This document shows positions 44,190 to 51,531 of a stretch of 64,000 bases of DNA, in pieces. Made by a program: the position numbers and the translations under genes. The DNA is from a virus: the IMG/VR virus record IMGVR_UViG_3300037420_000246, positions 3,642 to 67,641 of that record, one strand, 5' to 3'. The notes below the pieces were generated by a model, which was given only the letters and a program-made list of their open reading frames with translations, was not told the DNA's origin and ran no database searches. The first letter of the stretch is position 1, and each line of letters begins with the position of its first letter.

Positions 44190-44218
44190 TTGACATCCCT
44201 CTACAAGCCCCGTACAAT
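44190..44218 (+). promoter_or_regulatory. Consensus sigma70 promoter for rightward early operon: TTGACA-N17-TACAAT
   Basis: TTGACA 44190-44195, 17-nt spacer, TACAAT 44213-44218; 40 nt upstream of ATG 44258. Confidence 0.6.
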
Positions 44219-44257
44219 GTCGATTGTCTCAACAAAATTCTTAAGGAGGAATGTAAC

Positions 44258-44731
44258 ATGAAACAAGTGAAGTGTGTAGACAACTACGATGGAGAAAATT
44301 ATCTGACAATCGGACGTGTGTATGACGTTCTGGAAGAGACGAAGGCTTGCTACACAATCATCAACGATGAGGGAGATTGTAGTGCGTACTATAAGACAGC
44401 CTTTGAGGCTGTAGGAAAGGATGCAGAAATCGCAGGCGAGCAGAAGGAATTTAGCGGAAACAATGTAGATTATTACATTGTCGAAATCAACGAACCAAAA
44501 CGTCTCGCTCCGTACTGCGCAGAAGCTGAAGACATCATTGAATCTTTAGGTATGACGTTTGCTGAAGGATGTGCATTCAAGGCAATCTGGAGGTCGTGTG
44601 CTGCCCGAACCCTTGGTAAAAAGAAGAAGGGGCAAGACGAAGAAGGCATCTACGACGCGGAGAAAGTAGTGTACTACGGAGGAAGGATGCTTGCAACACG
44701 TAAGAAAGCTGCCTATAAAAATGAATCTTAA
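44258..44731 (+). CDS. Hypothetical Cys-rich early protein
   Basis: ATG 44258 with SD AAGGAGG; 157 aa; track start 44132 would precede the promoter. Confidence 0.55.
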   Translation: MKQVKCVDNYDGENYLTIGRVYDVLEETKACYTIINDEGDCSAYYKTAFEAVGKDAEIAGEQKEFSGNNVDYYIVEINEPKRLAPYCAEAEDIIESLGMTFAEGCAFKAIWRSCAARTLGKKKKGQDEEGIYDAEKVVYYGGRMLATRKKAAYKNES

Positions 44732-44819
44732 ACAAATCCTTGCGTGGGTTGTTGTAGCAGCCTACGCAGTTTATTTAGTAGTATTGATTTCAAATAACTC
44801 TGGAGGGCTTGCGGCATGA
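44721..44819 (+). CDS. Small membrane peptide (32 aa)
   Basis: Not in track; overlaps both neighbours (ATGAATCTTAA and ATGA); MNLKQILAWVVVAAYAVYLVVLISNNSGGLAA has one TM helix. Confidence 0.35.
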   Translation: MNLKQILAWVVVAAYAVYLVVLISNNSGGLAA

Positions 44820-45259
44820 AGGTTAAAGTGATTAAAGCAGATGTTGACAATTGGTACAAAGTTGGTGAGGTACATGAGGTTGAAAACCGTGTTGTACAAT
44901 ACGATGGTTATAAAATGTACCCGCTCATCGAAGATAGGAATGTTGGCATTGATCCAGACGATTGTCTCGTTGTTGGAGACACCCTACCCGCTGAGACCTT
45001 CCTAGTTGGCGAGAAGTGCAATGAACATCTGGTAACAGAACACTTTGTAACAGAAGCCGACAAACTCGCATTGCGCATGGAAATGGCAACCCGCATGGCT
45101 GCTAACATTCCTGAGAAGACGCTGTGGGATGAATATGCGATGGTAACTCTTCAATCCATCCTCGTTGATCCTAGTGCGTTGATGCGCTCTCCTGATGTGC
45201 TAGCAAATATGGTGACGCGCGTTGTCGATGCCATGATGGAAGCGAGGAAGAACAAATGA
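44816..45259 (+). CDS. Hypothetical protein
   Basis: 147 aa ORF. Confidence 0.55.
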   Translation: MKVKVIKADVDNWYKVGEVHEVENRVVQYDGYKMYPLIEDRNVGIDPDDCLVVGDTLPAETFLVGEKCNEHLVTEHFVTEADKLALRMEMATRMAANIPEKTLWDEYAMVTLQSILVDPSALMRSPDVLANMVTRVVDAMMEARKNK

Positions 45260-45444
45260 AGAAGCACTTCTTCCTTATTCTGGCAGTGCTGCTGCCTGTA
45301 TTTATCTTTCTTGTTGGTGCATTCACTGTCGCTTCGTTCGATATTCGAGAATGGGAACCGTGGGGAAGGCTAATTGTTGGGGCGTACATGCTGATAGCAG
45401 TTATTGTGTGCGGTTTTGCATGGTGGAACACAGGACAAAGTTGA
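45256..45444 (+). CDS. Small two-TM membrane protein
   Basis: 62 aa; FFLILAVLLPVFIFLVGAF and LIVGAYMLIAVIVCGFAWW. Confidence 0.5.
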   Translation: MKKHFFLILAVLLPVFIFLVGAFTVASFDIREWEPWGRLIVGAYMLIAVIVCGFAWWNTGQS

Positions 45445-45497
45445 GATTCGATTTTTATAATTCAATATAAATCCAACTTCGATCCCCTCTTGAAACA

Positions 45498-45527
45498 TTT
45501 CAAACCTGTGTCACCAACGAGGGGGCT
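45498..45527 (+). repeat. Conserved 30-nt motif copy 1 (ATTTCAAACCTGTGTCACCAACGAGGGGGC)
   Basis: 28/30 identical to 53225-53254; opens a ~450-bp non-coding island. Confidence 0.6.
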
Positions 45528-45900
45528 TCTCCTTTTCCTGTATAATTCCCCTCCGCACGGCTTTTCTGCCCTGTGCAAATCCCCACAAAAGCCCTTCCAT
45601 ACTTGGCGCAGCGAGCCTGCTTTCGTTGAAAGCAGGCGAGCGTATCCCTGCCTATTTCCAGCATGAAAAATCGCCTTGAAGCATTGTTTTCCAATAGAAA
45701 CAATTCTTATAGGCAAAGCTTTCCCCTCCCCATCTAAAGGGATGTCTTGTGGTAATAATGACAATAATGTGACATCAGACAAGCGATAGCAGCCACAGCC
45801 GTGAGAGGCTACGGATACAGCATATGTCAGTGGTGGTAGTTCACATTGGGGCAGGAATGCCCTGTTAGAAAACCTTGTGTTACGTCATAGGAGCCTCCAG

Positions 45901-46212
45901 ATGGACAGCAAAGAGAACGTCATTCCCATTACGCGAGCAGGAAAGGAAACGGCTGTGAGCCGTCATTACACACCCTATCATACGGACGCAGAAGTGCCAT
46001 ACTGCTATGGCGTGGATGCCATAACAGGGGAGTGCGGGTGGTTTTGCTTTAAGGAAACCTCGGTCGGCCGCGTGGCGACAACGCCACTTTTCGAAGAGTG
46101 GTTTGAACTACTGTTTTATATGAATCAGGAGGGCTACACGTTCTCGCGTGTAAGGGAGAGGATGTTCGAGAAGAGGCCAGCAGTGCCGCCCCAAGAGGCA
46201 CAAGGAGAATAG
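45901..46212 (+). CDS. Hypothetical protein
   Basis: ATG 45901 with SD AGGAGCC; 103 aa. Confidence 0.5.
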   Translation: MDSKENVIPITRAGKETAVSRHYTPYHTDAEVPYCYGVDAITGECGWFCFKETSVGRVATTPLFEEWFELLFYMNQEGYTFSRVRERMFEKRPAVPPQEAQGE

Positions 46213-46236
46213 ATGTATGGGCAGGTGTCATACCTG

Positions 46237-46308
46237 CTACGACAGAGCTTGTCGCAAAATCTACGACAGGGGTTGTCGCTACAGGTGTGACAGAGCTTGT
46301 CGCAAATA
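46237..46308 (+). repeat. Three tandem 24-bp iterons (nnnnGACAGrGsTTGTCGCnnnnn)
   Basis: CTACGACAGAGCTTGTCGCAAAAT / CTACGACAGGGGTTGTCGCTACAG / GTGTGACAGAGCTTGTCGCAAATA; further GGGTTGTC half-site at 46322. Confidence 0.6.
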
Positions 46309-46684
46309 TGCAACAAAATATGGGTTGTCTGGTCATATCGTTTGCTGTGACATTCGGTTACTTTGTGTAGACACGATAACCCATTCATAAGAATCTTACA
46401 AGCACATTCTAGAGGGAGTTACACATGTGAGATTGTTGCATTGCCACATTCCATACAGTTGTCTTGTTGACCATAGGTAACTTCCCATAGCATGATGTAC
46501 AGCAAACGGCAATAGATTTTAGAGCGCACGGTTAAAATTTTTCTTGTGTTGCTGGGAATGTTGTTTTATAGTGTCACTCATGGACAGCAAGCAGAGACAA
46601 GGTGGAATGTCAAGATTGCCCTAGCTGCCCTGCTAGGTGGCTGTACAACAAACTAACTGAATACAAACTTAAGGAGAATTGAAC

Positions 46685-47365
46685 ATGAAAGACGCTACGA
46701 TGACCGCCGTAATCCCTCGCTTTGCACCAATTTCGAACAAGGCAGTGATTTTCCTTCCTGAGACGAAGGAAAACGGCAGGATTGACATGATTACGGAAGG
46801 GCAACGTATTACCGTTGGCATCGACTACTACATGGCTACAGAGCCCCTCAGTGCCGAAGATGCCAAGAAAGTGGCGCTGGCATTTGCACAACACGAGCAC
46901 ATCAATCCTGACATGCTCGTTATTCGTCAGCGTCTGCCCAAGACGATGAATAAACGTCCTAGCCGTCTGAATGACGCTAACCTTGTTCTTGTCCAACAGG
47001 AGCAACCTAAACAAGAAGCTGCACCAAGCTCGCTCGCGGAATTCGCGCAGGCACTACAGGATGAGCACAATCGCCGGCAGGGCGACAAGCAAGAAGGGCA
47101 GAAAGCCACTGCGCATCAGCCAGAAGGCGCTGTTGTAGAAACTAAAACCAAGAGGAAGTACAACAAGAAGACTGCTGAGGAACGTTCACGCCGTAGCGCT
47201 GCTGCCATGAAGCGTTACCAAGAAGAACTTGCCCGCGTAAGCTCGCAGTCTCCTACGTTGATGGAACCTGTTGCAACCGATGCACCAAAGCCTGTCGTTG
47301 ACCAAGCGATTCTTGATCTGGCTCAGGCTTTGGCCCGTATCCTGAAGGTGCCCGGTGCCGTCTGA
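46685..47365 (+). CDS. Hypothetical DNA-binding-like protein (basic helical region)
   Basis: ATG 46685, SD AAGGAGA; 226 aa; Gln/Ala-rich linker then basic segment KTKRKYNKKTAEERSRRSAAAMKRYQEEL. Confidence 0.5.
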   Translation: MKDATMTAVIPRFAPISNKAVIFLPETKENGRIDMITEGQRITVGIDYYMATEPLSAEDAKKVALAFAQHEHINPDMLVIRQRLPKTMNKRPSRLNDANLVLVQQEQPKQEAAPSSLAEFAQALQDEHNRRQGDKQEGQKATAHQPEGAVVETKTKRKYNKKTAEERSRRSAAAMKRYQEELARVSSQSPTLMEPVATDAPKPVVDQAILDLAQALARILKVPGAV

Positions 47366-47388
47366 TATACTTACCGCTGTGGTCCTTT

Positions 47389-47416
47389 GCCCGCCTTTGT
47401 GCGGGCTTTTTCTTTT
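47389..47416 (+). terminator. Rho-independent terminator
   Basis: GCCCGC-CTTTGT-GCGGGC followed by TTTTTCTTTT. Confidence 0.65.
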
Positions 47417-47435
47417 GTAGCTTCGAAAATTTCTC

Positions 47436-47464
47436 TTGACTCCTTAAAATTGTTATGGCAAGAT
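47436..47464 (+). promoter_or_regulatory. Promoter-like element TTCTCTTGACTC-N17-CAAGAT
   Basis: Same 12-mer -35 context as 53536 promoter; lies between terminator and alarmone-hydrolase gene. Confidence 0.35.
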
Positions 47465-47512
47465 AATGTCACTGCGTAACATATTGAAGATTCTTAACAA
47501 GGGAGAACTTGC

Positions 47513-47935
47513 ATGAATCATGGTGCTGCTGTTGGGCTGGCCCTTAAATATCACAACGGTCAAAAATATGGAGAACACACCTACATCTATCACTTGAGTT
47601 GCGTAGTGGACAGTGTGTTGGATGCCAATTATTATGGGGCAGAAGTGGATGTAGCCTACCTCCACGACATCCTAGAAGACACTGCCTGCACTGAAGAAGA
47701 GCTTCGCCAGAAATTCAGTGCTGAGGTTGTTGATGCTGTTGTGGCTATGACGAAACGTGAAGGCGAGGCTTACGAGGAATACATTAAGCGTGTCCGCAGC
47801 AATTCCATCGCCCATGTCGTAAAGATTCACGATACGATGTGCAATCTAGCTGAGAGCCTGAAGCAGAACCAGATTGGACGTATTGCGAAATATTCTAAGC
47901 AGATGTATTTGCTGACGAAGGGGGTTGACGAATGA
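47513..47935 (+). CDS. Small alarmone hydrolase: RelA/SpoT-type HD-domain (p)ppGpp hydrolase (Mesh1/SAH-like)
   Basis: KYGEHTYIYHLSCVV...VAYLHDILEDTACTEEELRQKFSAEVVDAVVAMTK matches the SpoT hydrolase HD motifs (H...HD..ED...FG..V..LV.GVTK); 140 aa stand-alone. Confidence 0.65.
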   Translation: MNHGAAVGLALKYHNGQKYGEHTYIYHLSCVVDSVLDANYYGAEVDVAYLHDILEDTACTEEELRQKFSAEVVDAVVAMTKREGEAYEEYIKRVRSNSIAHVVKIHDTMCNLAESLKQNQIGRIAKYSKQMYLLTKGVDE

Positions 47936-48108
47936 CCTACATCCTAGTTGTTTTCCTGAGCATCTACAGCAAGCCTTCCTCGCTCGTAGGCATCGAATTT
48001 AATTCACTAGAAGCTTGTCAAGCTGCTGCCACTGAAATCCGAAAGCAACGGAATAGTGATACATCCATTGGAATCCTGTTCTGCTCTGCAAAAGGTGAAA
48101 AGAAATGA
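47932..48108 (+). CDS. Hypothetical small protein (58 aa)
   Basis: Not in track; ATGA overlaps at both ends. Confidence 0.35.
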   Translation: MTYILVVFLSIYSKPSSLVGIEFNSLEACQAAATEIRKQRNSDTSIGILFCSAKGEKK

Positions 48109-48308
48109 CCCGCCAAGAAGCCACCATCATCTCAGCCTACACAGGCGTCATGTTCGGCAACAACTTTCCAGATGTCTGTGCCTACGCCGAGAAGCTTCTA
48201 GGCCGTAAAGTGGAGCCTTGGGAGTTTGTCAAGCCAAGCTTTTGTGAGCAACTGAAGCAAGAGGCTGAGAAGGATTTTCTGGCATTGAAAATTACTGAGG
48301 ACAAATAA
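48105..48308 (+). CDS. Hypothetical protein
   Basis: 67 aa ORF. Confidence 0.5.
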   Translation: MTRQEATIISAYTGVMFGNNFPDVCAYAEKLLGRKVEPWEFVKPSFCEQLKQEAEKDFLALKITEDK

Positions 48309-48433
48309 TGTGCTTCCCATTTCGTCATAAATACTCCGTCTGGAGCGAAGCTAAGTGGAACTCCGTGTGGCGCTATTACGAACAATTTCGCTCTTGCCCA
48401 TGTTGCGGTAAAATTCAACGGAGGTGTGTATAA
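48308..48433 (+). CDS. Hypothetical small Cys-rich protein (41 aa)
   Basis: Not in track; TAATG overlap; CPCCGK motif. Confidence 0.3.
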   Translation: MCFPFRHKYSVWSEAKWNSVWRYYEQFRSCPCCGKIQRRCV

Positions 48434-48434
48434 C

Positions 48435-48551
48435 ATGCAAAACAACTCCACATTCGAAAAGGCTTACAAGAAAGCCAAAGGGAAGGCTCCGCAAGGGAAA
48501 CATAAAGACGCTCGCAAATGGGAGCGTAGGGATAAGAGGGAGGAACAATGA
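48435..48551 (+). CDS. Hypothetical small basic protein (38 aa)
   Basis: Not in track; stop overlaps next ATG (ATGA). Confidence 0.3.
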   Translation: MQNNSTFEKAYKKAKGKAPQGKHKDARKWERRDKREEQ

Positions 48552-48865
48552 ACAACCGACAACGCCAGCTAGATAATGAACACTTACTGAACCCACAACC
48601 CGGAGACTACTGGCATGATAGATTCTGCCCTGCTGCACTAGTAATCGATTCTGGAGCATTCTTCGTAGCTTATCTCTCGGAGAGAAAGAGTGTGGATAGT
48701 GACCACTGGACATGGGATACCAGCCACGTAGAAGTGAAGTCTAAGAGTGATTTCAAGAAGTGGCTTAGCTACGAACACATCGAGGGAACTTGGGCGAGCG
48801 TGGTCCCTAATTGGAAAGGGTGGAAAGAGTTTGCTGAAGAAGCTTTGCAGAAGGAAGAACAATGA
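48548..48865 (+). CDS. Hypothetical protein
   Basis: 105 aa ORF. Confidence 0.55.
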   Translation: MNNRQRQLDNEHLLNPQPGDYWHDRFCPAALVIDSGAFFVAYLSERKSVDSDHWTWDTSHVEVKSKSDFKKWLSYEHIEGTWASVVPNWKGWKEFAEEALQKEEQ

Positions 48866-49104
48866 AACCGTTCGTAGTAGAATTTAGAATTAGGGCTGTT
48901 GTTATGGGCGAAGATGAAAGTGATGCCTATTGCAACGCAATGAACAACTGGCGTGAAATTGCTTCAGACAGCCCAGCTATTATTGACGTTGAGCGAGAAG
49001 TGTTTAGCGCCAAAGACCTGCCTTCTGAATGGGACTTGCAATGCATCCCCTATGGAGGGGATGGGAACACTCGCTTAGAAGCTCTCCTTGGAGAACAACA
49101 ATGA
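48862..49104 (+). CDS. Hypothetical protein
   Basis: 80 aa; ends ...EALLGEQQ with ATGA overlap. Confidence 0.5.
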   Translation: MKPFVVEFRIRAVVMGEDESDAYCNAMNNWREIASDSPAIIDVEREVFSAKDLPSEWDLQCIPYGGDGNTRLEALLGEQQ

Positions 49105-49271
49105 GCGACTTCCGCCAACAATTCCAGCAGCTAGAGCTTGATGCAGCAATGCGACAACTCACTTACGTAAAAACCCACCTCCGCAACCTCATCACGGATA
49201 TTGAGGAAGGTGAAATGTCGCAAGAGGATATTGTAGAGAACATTAAAGCTTTGATTGGAGAACAACAATGA
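49101..49271 (+). CDS. Hypothetical small protein (56 aa)
   Basis: ATG 49101 overlapping upstream stop; ends ...KALIGEQQ, same C-terminal peptide and junction as the previous gene. Confidence 0.4.
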   Translation: MSDFRQQFQQLELDAAMRQLTYVKTHLRNLITDIEEGEMSQEDIVENIKALIGEQQ

Positions 49272-49558
49272 ACTCATCCGAAACGCTAAACACAATGCTG
49301 TGGCTCTACCGACGACTGCCGCACATTTATGGCAGGCCTCCGTTTATTGAGGCTGTGATTAACTCTCTGGCAAAGGAGGCTGGTGTAGATGTGGCTGAGA
49401 GTCTTGCGGAGCGTGGGAATACAGAGACTGTTGAACGTGAAGTTGAGAAATGCAAAAAGATGCTAACAGAGCAGGATGTTGCCACAAAAAGGGAATTTCA
49501 GGAGAGGCTGAACGGTATGATTAACGAAATTCGTAATGCGCTTAAACATAATGCTTGA
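49268..49558 (+). CDS. Hypothetical protein
   Basis: 96 aa ORF. Confidence 0.55.
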   Translation: MNSSETLNTMLWLYRRLPHIYGRPPFIEAVINSLAKEAGVDVAESLAERGNTETVEREVEKCKKMLTEQDVATKREFQERLNGMINEIRNALKHNA

Positions 49559-49615
49559 CAGCACAACATAAGAATGTTATCGTGAGCAAATATTAACAAT
49601 TTGGTGGAGAAGAGA

Positions 49616-50194
49616 ATGGAACTTAACACTTGCGTGGGGTACTCAAGCCCACCCCGGCAGACGACAGCCAGAAAGGAGACAATCATGCATGAACTGGTAC
49701 AGTTTTTTGATGAATGGGAGCAAATCATCCCGCAAGACGCCCGTAAAGCGCTTCAGCCTATTGTGGACAAGGCCCGCGCCGTGAGCGAACAGGCGGACGA
49801 GCGGGCGCTGTTTGAGACCGAGTGGAGAATGCTAACGAGGCCGCATTTGTACGATTACAGGACAGATGCACACGGCGATTACAACGACCGCCACCTGTTC
49901 CGGGCATGGCGAATTTGGCAGGCCAGCACGCATGCTCTGCGCGACAGCTACACCGGCAGCACAATGGTGTCCGACCTTCAAGGTCCGAAGATTACCCTGC
50001 GCTATGCAACGAGTGCCCAAGCCGATGCCGCACACGAACTGCTGTGCCGAGTCATCGACGCGGCCGCACCTTTGACAGACGACCGTATTTTGCAGATTGC
50101 TGCTGAGCAGGATTATGGAGACGAAGACCCAAAATGCATCCTCCGACTAGCCAGAGCGTTGATCAGCGCAGCCCTCAACCAACAAAACAAATAA
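49616..50194 (+). CDS. Hypothetical protein encoded in a GC-rich island
   Basis: ATG 49616 with SD GGAGAAG; 192 aa; local GC far above neighbours, so several overlapping spurious ORFs appear in other frames. Confidence 0.5.
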   Translation: MELNTCVGYSSPPRQTTARKETIMHELVQFFDEWEQIIPQDARKALQPIVDKARAVSEQADERALFETEWRMLTRPHLYDYRTDAHGDYNDRHLFRAWRIWQASTHALRDSYTGSTMVSDLQGPKITLRYATSAQADAAHELLCRVIDAAAPLTDDRILQIAAEQDYGDEDPKCILRLARALISAALNQQNK

Positions 50195-50209
50195 AATTCT
50201 TATCAGCCC

Positions 50210-50238
50210 TTGACAGCCAATCTTAAAAGCCTTATGCT
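50210..50238 (+). promoter_or_regulatory. Early promoter TTGACA-N17-TATGCT with conserved downstream TACGTACATGG
   Basis: Preceded by ATAAAATTCTT box; 30 nt upstream of gene 50269. Confidence 0.45.
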
Positions 50239-50268
50239 TACGTACATGGGCCAATAATAGGAGAATAA

Positions 50269-50532
50269 ATGAACGAACAATCTGCAATTGCTGTGCATCC
50301 GGTGCAGCGCAAGCGTGACTACGAGCAAGCATACGCCCCACAAGTTGTGACGATGATGGCATACGAAGTTTACTGTCATGTTTACGCACCCCAAGAGGCT
50401 ATGGTTACTGGCCACTGTCGAGGAGGATTCTCTGCCGGGGAGTTAATTGCCTTCCTGTACGCACACAACTTCCCCAAAACTGAGTGGCGGGAGCGCGTGA
50501 CTGAAGCATTCCGTGGCATGAAAAGTTTGTAA
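50269..50532 (+). CDS. Hypothetical protein
   Basis: 87 aa; SD TAGGAGAATAAATG. Confidence 0.55.
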   Translation: MNEQSAIAVHPVQRKRDYEQAYAPQVVTMMAYEVYCHVYAPQEAMVTGHCRGGFSAGELIAFLYAHNFPKTEWRERVTEAFRGMKSL

Positions 50533-50542
50533 GGAGAACAAA

Positions 50543-50710
50543 ATGAACAACACAAACTCAAAGTTAGTAGCTGCCTACATCAGAACGCATTTTGTACGCT
50601 TCGAAATGGGCGATTTTATGGGTGTGGACGAATCTCCATCGCTCGACAAGCTGCTCAATTTGGAAGCTCTAGTTAAGATGGCTATTGAGGAAAAGCGGAG
50701 GGAAGGATAA
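50543..50710 (+). CDS. Hypothetical small protein (55 aa)
   Basis: Not in track; SD AAGGAGAACAAAATG; stop overlaps next ATG. Confidence 0.4.
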   Translation: MNNTNSKLVAAYIRTHFVRFEMGDFMGVDESPSLDKLLNLEALVKMAIEEKRREG

Positions 50711-50901
50711 TGAAAGATTACACCATCCCAACCCACGAACAAAACAACGTCATGCATTCTTTTTGGACAATGTTACGTGAGTGTGAAACGAAGGCTGAGA
50801 ATGAAAACGACATCATTTTGAAGAACTGGGTGGCTCAATGGTATCAACAATGGAATCGTATCACTGGCGATAACCTTTTGCCTAGTTGGGAGAAGAAATG
50901 A
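50710..50901 (+). CDS. Hypothetical protein
   Basis: 63 aa ORF. Confidence 0.5.
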   Translation: MKDYTIPTHEQNNVMHSFWTMLRECETKAENENDIILKNWVAQWYQQWNRITGDNLLPSWEKK

Positions 50902-51092
50902 AATACCAAATTAACGCCCAAATCACTGTGTCATGCTGGACAGAAGTGGAAGCAGAGTCTGAGGAAGAAGCATTGGAAATTGCAAAAGACAGGTGTGTTG
51001 CCGACATCCACATTGACGGCTCATTTCCTGAAGATGAGTGCTGGCATATCGCTGTAGACGGGGAGCCTGTAAACATTCGCGTGGGAGAATAA
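50898..51092 (+). CDS. Hypothetical acidic protein
   Basis: ATG 50898 (ATGA overlap); track starts at TTG 50886. Confidence 0.5.
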   Translation: MKYQINAQITVSCWTEVEAESEEEALEIAKDRCVADIHIDGSFPEDECWHIAVDGEPVNIRVGE

Positions 51093-51331
51093 TGAACAAC
51101 GCCCTCCGCAGCCTTTCAGCCATCTTCACGCTCTGTATCTCGCTCTTCCCTGTTGCGCTCTACGGAGGCGTGCTAGGCGTCACAATTACAGTGGTGTTGT
51201 TCTTTGCAGGCTTGATGTTGTTCGTGCGAGCGATGGAAAAGAATTCCGCCTTGTGGAATGTTGTGATGATTTACGGGACGTTCTTTGGCACTATGGCGAC
51301 TATTATTGTGTTGTGGACATGGGGAATTTGA
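51092..51331 (+). CDS. Small three-TM membrane protein
   Basis: ATG 51092 (TAATG overlap), 79 aa; track ORF 51038 starts inside upstream gene. Confidence 0.5.
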   Translation: MNNALRSLSAIFTLCISLFPVALYGGVLGVTITVVLFFAGLMLFVRAMEKNSALWNVVMIYGTFFGTMATIIVLWTWGI

Positions 51332-51393
51332 GGAGAATAATATGGATGATTCCGCCCACCAATTTACTGTGTGACATGGAAAGCCTGTACAGC

Positions 51394-51422
51394 TTGACAT
51401 TGCAAAGGCGCTCTCATAGCTT
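51394..51422 (+). promoter_or_regulatory. Promoter-like element TTGACA-N17-TAGCTT
   Basis: In 200-nt non-coding gap upstream of lipoprotein gene. Confidence 0.3.
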
Positions 51423-51531
51423 TTATTTTCTCTCTGTTCCAAATCAATTCCGGCCTCATCAAGTCGCATATTGTGGCATTGGCACTAGGCTTTTGCCATA
51501 GGTGCCTTTCCTCAACCCATTGGAGTGATGT

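Noticed and set aside
45462-45782. Minus-strand ORFs (106 aa and 67 aa) inside non-coding island 1
   Set aside because: Antisense to the surrounding rightward operon, with a TTG start and no SD. The protein is low-complexity and basic, consistent with read-through of a G/C-patterned non-coding sequence.
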